Position numbers and translations under genes: made by a program | Notes under the pieces: generated by a model | Told to the model about the DNA's origin: nothing | Databases searched by the model: none | The model's input: the letters and a program-made list of their open reading frames with translations, nothing else | In this document: positions 35,240-41,362 of the stretch, piece after piece | Numbering within the stretch: the stretch's first letter is position 1 | How the letters are laid out: every line of letters begins with the position of its first letter | Sequence record: SRR20825019_2111 | Length of the DNA stretch: 41,362 bases | Strand: one strand, 5' to 3'

Positions 35240-36526
35240 TTAGGAATTTAAGGATTTCTCCATTTTCTCTTTTATCTGCTCCAAGCATAGATTGCCCAAG
35301 CTGCCTTCGTGGGTATGGTCAATATCCCGTTTGGGTTTAAAGTTGCCATTTTCTATGGCCTTGCCCATGGTTTTGTAGGCATCACGGAACGGCATGCCAC
35401 TTTTTACAAGCTCGTTTAAAGTGTCCACACTGAAGAGGTAATCGTATTTGGGGTCTTCCAAAATGGCCTTGTTCACTTTGATTTCCTTTAAACTGAACGT
35501 CATCATCTCCAAACAGGCGTGCATGTCCTGCAAAGCAGGGACCATGACTTCTTTCACCAGTTGAAGATCACGGTGGTATCCACTGGGCAAATTGTTCATG
35601 ATCATGATCAATTGGTTGGGCACCGCTTGAATCTTATTACATTTTGCCCTTATGAGCTCAAACACATCTGGATTTTTCTTGTGCGGCATAATGCTGCTGC
35701 CCGTAGTCAGCTCGTTCGGGAAGGAGATAAAATCAAAATTTTGGCTCATGTACAGGCAAATGTCCATCGCCATTTTGGATAGGGTGGCGGCAACGCTCGA
35801 AATTCCGAAAGCGGTTGCTTTCTCTACTTTTCCGCGTCCCATTTGGGCGGCCACTACATTGTATTTTTTAGTGGAAAACTGCATTTCTTCTGTAGTGAAA
35901 CTTCTGTCAATAGGGAAGGAGCTTCCGTAGCCTGCCGCACTGCCCAGCGGATTTTGGTCCGCAACTTTATGGGCGGCCTGTACAAAGTACAGATCGTCTA
36001 TCAAACTTTCGGCATAAGCAGAAAACCATAGTCCGAACGAGGAGGGCATAGCAATCTGAAGATGGGTATAACCTGGCAGCAAGATATTTTTGTGTTTGTC
36101 CGCTAATTTCATCAACAGGTCAAATAGTTCTTTTACTTGATCTTTGATCTCGGTCAATTCATCTTTGAGGAACAACTGCATGGCCACCAAAACCTGATCG
36201 TTCCTGGAACGGGCCGAATGGATTTTTTTACCAGTATCGCCCAATTTTTCGGTCAGCATAAACTCTATCTTCGAGTGCATGTCCTCAAAATCGTCCTCGA
36301 TGGTAAACTTGTCCTTTTCAATGTCTTTGGCGATTTCATCCAATGCTTTTACCAAATCTTTGGCCTCTTCTTCGGATAACAGTCCCACTTTGCCCAGCAT
36401 TTTGGCGTGTGCTTTGGAGGCGATTACGTCATATTTGGCCAAAACCAAATCCAGTTCGCGGTCGTTGCCAACGGTAAAGTGGTCTATTTTTTTATCGGTA
36501 CTGAATCCTTTGTCCCAGAGTTTCAT
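35240..36526 (-). CDS. argH: Argininosuccinate lyase
   Basis: MKLWDKG, HSARSRNDQV, LPGYTHLQ, GSSIMPHKKNPD; start trimmed to ATG 36526. Confidence 0.97.
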   Translation of the reverse strand: MKLWDKGFSTDKKIDHFTVGNDRELDLVLAKYDVIASKAHAKMLGKVGLLSEEEAKDLVKALDEIAKDIEKDKFTIEDDFEDMHSKIEFMLTEKLGDTGKKIHSARSRNDQVLVAMQLFLKDELTEIKDQVKELFDLLMKLADKHKNILLPGYTHLQIAMPSSFGLWFSAYAESLIDDLYFVQAAHKVADQNPLGSAAGYGSSFPIDRSFTTEEMQFSTKKYNVVAAQMGRGKVEKATAFGISSVAATLSKMAMDICLYMSQNFDFISFPNELTTGSSIMPHKKNPDVFELIRAKCNKIQAVPNQLIMIMNNLPSGYHRDLQLVKEVMVPALQDMHACLEMMTFSLKEIKVNKAILEDPKYDYLFSVDTLNELVKSGMPFRDAYKTMGKAIENGNFKPKRDIDHTHEGSLGNLCLEQIKEKMEKSLNS

Positions 36527-36538
36527 AGTTTTTCTTTT

Positions 36539-36603
36539 GTCATTCCCACGAAGGCGGGAATCTTTTGATTTCGATATTATTGCCCTTCGACTACGATCAG
36601 GGC
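36539..36603. repeat. Two REP-like palindromic units in the M20-argH spacer
   Basis: GTCATTCCCACGAAGGCGGGAATC (ATTCCC-N8-GGGAAT, 36539-36562) and GCCCTTCGACTACGATCAGGGC (36582-36603). Confidence 0.7.
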
Positions 36604-36620
36604 CCAATTTTCGTTTTTTG

Positions 36621-37691
36621 CTATTGTAAAAATCCCGTTAGGGTTTTGATATAAATATCTATTCCTTCTTCTATCTCCCTTACAAAGATAAATTCGTTGG
36701 CCGAATGGGAACGTGTACTGTCACCAGGCCCCAATTTTACTGATTGACAAGTCAGTGCGGCTTGGTCCGATAAGGTTGGCGAGCCATAGGTTTTTCGGCC
36801 TAGGGCCAATCCACTTTTCACCAAGTCGTGATCAGGATTAATGCAAGATGAGTTCAAGCGTAGGGAGCGTGGGGTCATTTTGCAAGGTGCTTCTTTTTGT
36901 AGAATATCCGCTATTTCCTGATTGCTGTAACAATCGTTCACACGTACATCCACTACCAGGTCCACTTGTGCAGGAACAACATTATGCTGCTTTCCCGCAT
37001 TAATTTGGGTGACGGTTAATTTAACCTCGCCCAAGGCTTCGGAAACCTTTTCAAAAGAATAATCCTTGAACCATTGTAAGGTTTCAATGGCATTATAGAT
37101 ACAGTTGTCATCATTGGGATGGGCTGCATGCGATGGGGTTCCCTCCACAACGGCATCAAAAACCACCAATCCCTTTTCGGCGATGGCCAAGTCCATCAAC
37201 GTGGGTTCGCCTACAATGGCCACATCAATTTGTGGTAAAATAGGAAGCAGGGCCCTAATGCTTTTCTCTCCCGCATCCTCTTCTTCTCCTGTTGCGGCCA
37301 TAATAATGTTGTGACTTAGACCTTCTTTGTCATAAAAATGAACAAAAGTGGCCAAAAGCGACACCAGACATCCGCCCGCATCATTGCTTCCAAGACCATA
37401 GAGTTTGCCGTCTTCGATATGTGCATCAAACGGGTCTTTGGTATAGGCGCTGTTCGGTTTTACGGTATCGTGATGGGAGTTGAGCAACAAGGTCGGTTTG
37501 CTCTCATCAAAATATTTGTTGAAGGCATAAATGTTGTTGTATTGTCTTTTGGTATCAACCCCAAAGCTCTTTAAAAACTCCTCAATGGCATCACCTGTTT
37601 TGTCTTCTTCACCCGAAAATGACGGCGTGCTGATGAGTTTTTTAAGCAGTTCAATGGCTTTTTCCGTTAATATGTCCTGGGTTATTTTCAT
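36621..37691 (-). CDS. argE: M20 metallohydrolase, ArgE-like acyl-ornithine/acyl-citrulline deacylase
   Basis: LLLNSHHDTV, YGLGSNDAGG, GEEE, IVGEPT, SHSANE; ATGA overlap with argB; start trimmed to 37691. Confidence 0.85.
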   Translation of the reverse strand: MKITQDILTEKAIELLKKLISTPSFSGEEDKTGDAIEEFLKSFGVDTKRQYNNIYAFNKYFDESKPTLLLNSHHDTVKPNSAYTKDPFDAHIEDGKLYGLGSNDAGGCLVSLLATFVHFYDKEGLSHNIIMAATGEEEDAGEKSIRALLPILPQIDVAIVGEPTLMDLAIAEKGLVVFDAVVEGTPSHAAHPNDDNCIYNAIETLQWFKDYSFEKVSEALGEVKLTVTQINAGKQHNVVPAQVDLVVDVRVNDCYSNQEIADILQKEAPCKMTPRSLRLNSSCINPDHDLVKSGLALGRKTYGSPTLSDQAALTCQSVKLGPGDSTRSHSANEFIFVREIEEGIDIYIKTLTGFLQ

Positions 37692-38467
37692 AAGGTCAAT
37701 GTCGTATATTCTGAATTGTCCGCTTCCAACATGTTCGTATTGCCTACACAAACTTTGGATACGTTGTTCCGAAGGGCGTAAAAGCAATTGTGCATTTTCG
37801 GCAACATGCCATCAGCGATGATGCCGTAGGCCAATAACTCGTCGTAGCCTTGAGAGTCGATGTGCTTTATGACCGAGTTTTCATCCTCGATATCTTGAAG
37901 CACCCCTTTTTTCTCGAAACAATAATAGAGTGTGGTCTCAAACTGTTCGGACATGGCGATGGCGATTTCCGCGGCAATGGTATCCGCATTGGTGTTCAAC
38001 ATTTGTCCGTTACCATCGTGGGTGAGGGCACAAAATATGGGTGTGAAACCTGCCTGCAACAATTTAAAGATTCCGTAGGTGTTTACCGTATCCACATCGC
38101 CCACAAAACCGAAATCTACATTTTTCTTGGGCCTTTTATGGGCGCGGATGGCATCGGCGTCCGCTCCACTCATTCCTATGGCATCGGTGCCCAAAGATTG
38201 TAATTTGGCCACTATTTTTTTACTGTACAATCCTCCGTAGACCATCAGGGCGATATCGAGGGTTTCAGCATTTGTGATTCGTCTGCCGTTGACCATTTTG
38301 GATTCCACCCCCATCTGATTGGCCAATTCGGTAGCTTTTTTGCCTCCGCCATGGACCAAAATTTTGTTGCCGTCCATTTTGGAGAACAGGTCCAATACCT
38401 TTTTGCATCCTTCGGCATCTTCAATAAGATTGCCACCAATTTTTACTACGGATAATTTCTGTTTCAT
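37688..38467 (-). CDS. argB: Acetylglutamate kinase
   Basis: VVKIGGN, LVHGGGK, GRRITN, LNTNADTIA, GMLPK. Confidence 0.95.
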   Translation of the reverse strand: MKQKLSVVKIGGNLIEDAEGCKKVLDLFSKMDGNKILVHGGGKKATELANQMGVESKMVNGRRITNAETLDIALMVYGGLYSKKIVAKLQSLGTDAIGMSGADADAIRAHKRPKKNVDFGFVGDVDTVNTYGIFKLLQAGFTPIFCALTHDGNGQMLNTNADTIAAEIAIAMSEQFETTLYYCFEKKGVLQDIEDENSVIKHIDSQGYDELLAYGIIADGMLPKMHNCFYALRNNVSKVCVGNTNMLEADNSEYTTLTL

Positions 38468-38468
38468 T

Positions 38469-39215
38469 TTATGTATTTATAATCCCTCCATCTATGGTCA
38501 CTGTGGTTCCTGTAATCCAAGAACTATCCTCGGAAACCAAGAAAAGTACAAGTTTAGCAATATCTTCAGGTGCCCCCAACCTTTTTAACAATGTAGTCCT
38601 TTTCGCATTTTCGACAGCAGTATCTGGATTCTCAAAAGCCTGGGCGGATTCCCATAACAAAGGGGTGTCCACAGGGCCTGGACAAATGGCATTCACTCTG
38701 ACTTTTGGCGCATAATCAACTGCCATTTGCTTCATCAGGGCTACGGATGCAGCTTTGGAAGCACAGTAAGCGGGATGGTTTGGAAAACTCTTGAAGGCTG
38801 CAATCGATGCGTTGATCAAAATATTGCCTTGTGGTTGTTTCTGCAACTGCGGAAGTGCATATTTACAAAGGTAAAAGATGGAACTCAAATTCGTATCGAT
38901 GGTATTCCGCCACGAATCAATGGACAGCTCTTGGACATTTCCCAATCCAAGAATGCCCGCATTCAATGATAGGATGTCCAGCTTGCCATGGATTTCCATA
39001 GCGGTTTGTACCAACTTTTTGTTGTAGGACGGGTCGGTAACATCACCTGGAACAAAGAGCACATTGTTAAGGCCTTTTTCCAATGCTTTGCCACTTTCTT
39101 GGTTACGACCAGAAAGTATTAGCTTTGCTCCTTCAGAAGAAAAGGATTCGGCAATGGCTTTTCCCATTCCACTGGTTGCTCCTGTAACTATGCAGACCTT
39201 GTCCTTGAGTTTCAT
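38469..39215 (-). CDS. SDR family NAD(P)-dependent oxidoreductase
   Basis: TGATSGMG, LNAG, YCASK, RVNAICPGPVDT, IDGG. Confidence 0.95.
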   Translation of the reverse strand: MKLKDKVCIVTGATSGMGKAIAESFSSEGAKLILSGRNQESGKALEKGLNNVLFVPGDVTDPSYNKKLVQTAMEIHGKLDILSLNAGILGLGNVQELSIDSWRNTIDTNLSSIFYLCKYALPQLQKQPQGNILINASIAAFKSFPNHPAYCASKAASVALMKQMAVDYAPKVRVNAICPGPVDTPLLWESAQAFENPDTAVENAKRTTLLKRLGAPEDIAKLVLFLVSEDSSWITGTTVTIDGGIINT

Positions 39216-40150
39216 TTTTCCTCCAATATTTTTTTCAATACGATCTGTGCGGAATAAATCCTGTTTTTGGCCTGTTCCACCACCAATGATTGTTCTCCGT
39301 CCAAGACGGCGTCCTCCACGATCATATTTCTTCGAACGGGAAGACAGTGCATAAACTTGGCATGTCCCAATTTTTCTTTGGTAATGGTCCAGTTTTTATC
39401 CTTGTTCAATACTTTCCCATAATCCGAATAGCTGCTCCAGTTTTTCACGTATACAAAATCCGCATCTTCCAGTGCCTTGTCCTGATCGTATTCAATTTGA
39501 CATCCTTGGGTCAGTTCCACATTGAGTTCATATCCTTCGGGATGTGTTATCACGAAATCAGCATCTTGCATCTTCATCATCTGAACAAAGGAGTTGGCCA
39601 CCGCATGTGGCAATGCCTTGGGGTGCGGAGCCCAAGACAAAACGACTTTCGGTCTCTTTTTTACTTCATTCTCCTTCAAAGTAATGGCATCCGCCAAAGC
39701 CTGTAGTGGGTGCCCCACGGAACTCTCCATATTGACCACTGGAATGGTGGCGTATTTGGCAAATCCGTTGATTACCTCCTCGGCCTCGTCCTTTTCTTTG
39801 TCCACCAAACCTGCAAATGCCCGTATCGCAACAATGTCGGCGTATTGGGAAACTACTTGGGCCGCTTCTTTTATATGTTCCGAAGTACCCTGGTCCATCA
39901 CGGTGCCATCACCATATTCCAATGCCCAACCTTCGTTGCCAAAGTTCATGATCATTACTTCCATACCAAGGTTCATGGCCGCCTTTTGTGTACTCAAACG
40001 GGTCCTTAGGCTATTGTTGAAAAACAACAGGCATATCGTTTTTCGTTTGCCCAAATCCTCAAATAGGTAAGGGTCTTTTTTTAGGGTTATTGCTTCGTCC
40101 ACCCAATCGGGTAGGGATTCTATATCGTTTACGGATAAATAATGCTTCAT
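39212..40150 (-). CDS. argF: N-acyl-ornithine carbamoyltransferase (ArgF', probably succinyl-specific)
   Basis: SLRTR, GTSEHIKE, HPLQALAD, WAPHPKALP, HCLPVRR. Confidence 0.92.
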   Translation of the reverse strand: MKHYLSVNDIESLPDWVDEAITLKKDPYLFEDLGKRKTICLLFFNNSLRTRLSTQKAAMNLGMEVMIMNFGNEGWALEYGDGTVMDQGTSEHIKEAAQVVSQYADIVAIRAFAGLVDKEKDEAEEVINGFAKYATIPVVNMESSVGHPLQALADAITLKENEVKKRPKVVLSWAPHPKALPHAVANSFVQMMKMQDADFVITHPEGYELNVELTQGCQIEYDQDKALEDADFVYVKNWSSYSDYGKVLNKDKNWTITKEKLGHAKFMHCLPVRRNMIVEDAVLDGEQSLVVEQAKNRIYSAQIVLKKILEEK

Positions 40151-41274
40151 TATAATGCTTTTTTCAGCGCTTCAAAAAATAGGTCAATGTCTTCTTTGGT
40201 GATGTTCAATGCAGGTAAAAACCGCAATAACTTTTTGTTTTTGGCACTTCCCGTGAACATGTGTTGTTCCAGAATCATTTTCTTGCGTAGGTCGGCAACT
40301 TCAAAATCGAATTCCAAACCAATCATTAATCCTCTCCCCTTAACTTTTTTGATTTCTGGTATCTCAGCCGCTTTTTCCCTAAAATAGGCTCCAAGTTCTG
40401 ATGCATTTTCTATCAGGTTTTCACTTTCCAAAACCTCTAAAACTGCAAGACTGGCGGCACAGGCCAAATGGTTGCCACCAAAGGTGGTTCCCAAAAGACC
40501 GTATGATGGTTTAAACTTTTCATGAATTAAAATACCACCTACTGGAAAACCGTTCCCCATGCCCTTGGCTATGGAAATGATGTCGGGTTCTATACCATGA
40601 TGTTGAAAAGCAAAAAACTTTCCGCTACGGCCATAGCCCGATTGTACTTCATCAGCAATAAGCACAACATTATGTTCCTTGCATTTTTTGGCGATCAATT
40701 GGAAGAATTCCGTGGTGGGCTCGTCCAAACCACCGACACCTTGAATGGCTTCCAAGATAACGGTACAGTATTCATCACTCTCAATGGCCTTTTCAAAGGC
40801 ATCAAAATCGTTCAATGGCAAGAAAGTGACTTCTTGTTGTTTGTTGATAGGTGCATTGATGCTCGGGTTGTCCGTCGCGGCAACTGCTGCTGAGGTTCTT
40901 CCGTGAAAACTATTGGTAAAAGCGATCACTTTTGAATTTCCTGTGTGGAACGAGGCCATCTTGAGTGCGTTTTCGTTGGCTTCGGCTCCTGAATTGCACA
41001 TAAAAAGGTCATAGTTTTCACAACCAGACAAATCACCTAGCTTTTGTGCTAATGCTTCTTGCAACGGGTTTTGTACCGAATTGCTGTAGAAGGCCATTTG
41101 GTCCAATTGTTCTTTGATTCGCTTTACGTAGTGCGGATGTGTATGGCCAATGGAGATTACGGCATGACCACCATAAAAATCCAAATATTTTTCCCCTTTG
41201 TCGTCCCAGACCTCAATGCCCTTTGCCTTTACTGGAGTGACATTATATAGCGGGTATACGTCGAATAGTTTCAT
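40150..41274 (-). CDS. argD: Acetylornithine aminotransferase (class III)
   Basis: NSGAEANE, SFHGRT, LIADEVQSGYGRSG, IAKGMGNGFP, GTTFGGN. Confidence 0.95.
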   Translation of the reverse strand: MKLFDVYPLYNVTPVKAKGIEVWDDKGEKYLDFYGGHAVISIGHTHPHYVKRIKEQLDQMAFYSNSVQNPLQEALAQKLGDLSGCENYDLFMCNSGAEANENALKMASFHTGNSKVIAFTNSFHGRTSAAVAATDNPSINAPINKQQEVTFLPLNDFDAFEKAIESDEYCTVILEAIQGVGGLDEPTTEFFQLIAKKCKEHNVVLIADEVQSGYGRSGKFFAFQHHGIEPDIISIAKGMGNGFPVGGILIHEKFKPSYGLLGTTFGGNHLACAASLAVLEVLESENLIENASELGAYFREKAAEIPEIKKVKGRGLMIGLEFDFEVADLRKKMILEQHMFTGSAKNKKLLRFLPALNITKEDIDLFFEALKKAL

Positions 41275-41285
41275 AATTTCTTATT

Positions 41286-41358
41286 TGTCATCTCGAGCGC
41301 AGTCGAGAGGTACACTTATTTTTTAAGGTCTTGCATCTCGACTCCGCTCGATGTGACA
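41286..41358. repeat. REP-like inverted repeat pair upstream of argD
   Basis: TGTCATCTCGAGCGCAGTCGAGA (41286-41308) and TCTCGACTCCGCTCGATGTGACA (41336-41358), 20/23 complementary. Confidence 0.85.
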
Positions 41359-41362
41359 GCTC

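Noticed and set aside
36527-36607. N-terminal extension of argH (similar extensions on the M20, mvaD and DUF5916 ORFs)
   Set aside because: The argH extension runs through REP-like repeats and the M20 one through argB; in all cases family-like sequence begins at the downstream ATG.

Overview
Flavobacteriaceae-type (Bacteroidota) chromosomal window; the taxon is inferred from SusC/SusD genes, lipoprotein signals and TAnnTTTG-like promoters. Left (1-18.7 kb): an alpha-glucan-type PUL (VCBS/FG-GAP lipoprotein, a remnant of a second VCBS gene, susD, susC, LacI regulator, GH13), glycerol genes (GDPD, glpF, glpK), mevalonate genes (mvaD, mevalonate kinase), a UbiA prenyltransferase and a pseudouridine synthase. 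Right (35.2-41.3 kb): arginine operon (argD, argF', an SDR, argB, M20/argE-like, argH). Between them (18.8-35.2 kb) lies an accessory region whose non-coding DNA is highly organised. (i) Six co-oriented promoters each carry a direct repeat with 21-bp period (LytTR-like) exactly 28 nt upstream of a Bacteroidota -7-like box. (ii) Integron-like gene cassettes start with TTGGC, end in the exact reverse-complement core followed by a long hairpin, and sit at a G|ATAAGT point of a repeated hairpin target placed directly behind those promoters; no integrase is encoded in the window. (iii) The cargo includes a RosmerTA-like HTH-ImmA/IrrE + DUF4411 PIN pair and a Mokosh type II-like SF1 helicase-PLD gene. 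Three cargo genes and several recombination sites carry apparently disabling lesions. The promoter + hairpin target + cassette platform is the best candidate for an undescribed system; its novelty could not be checked without database searches.
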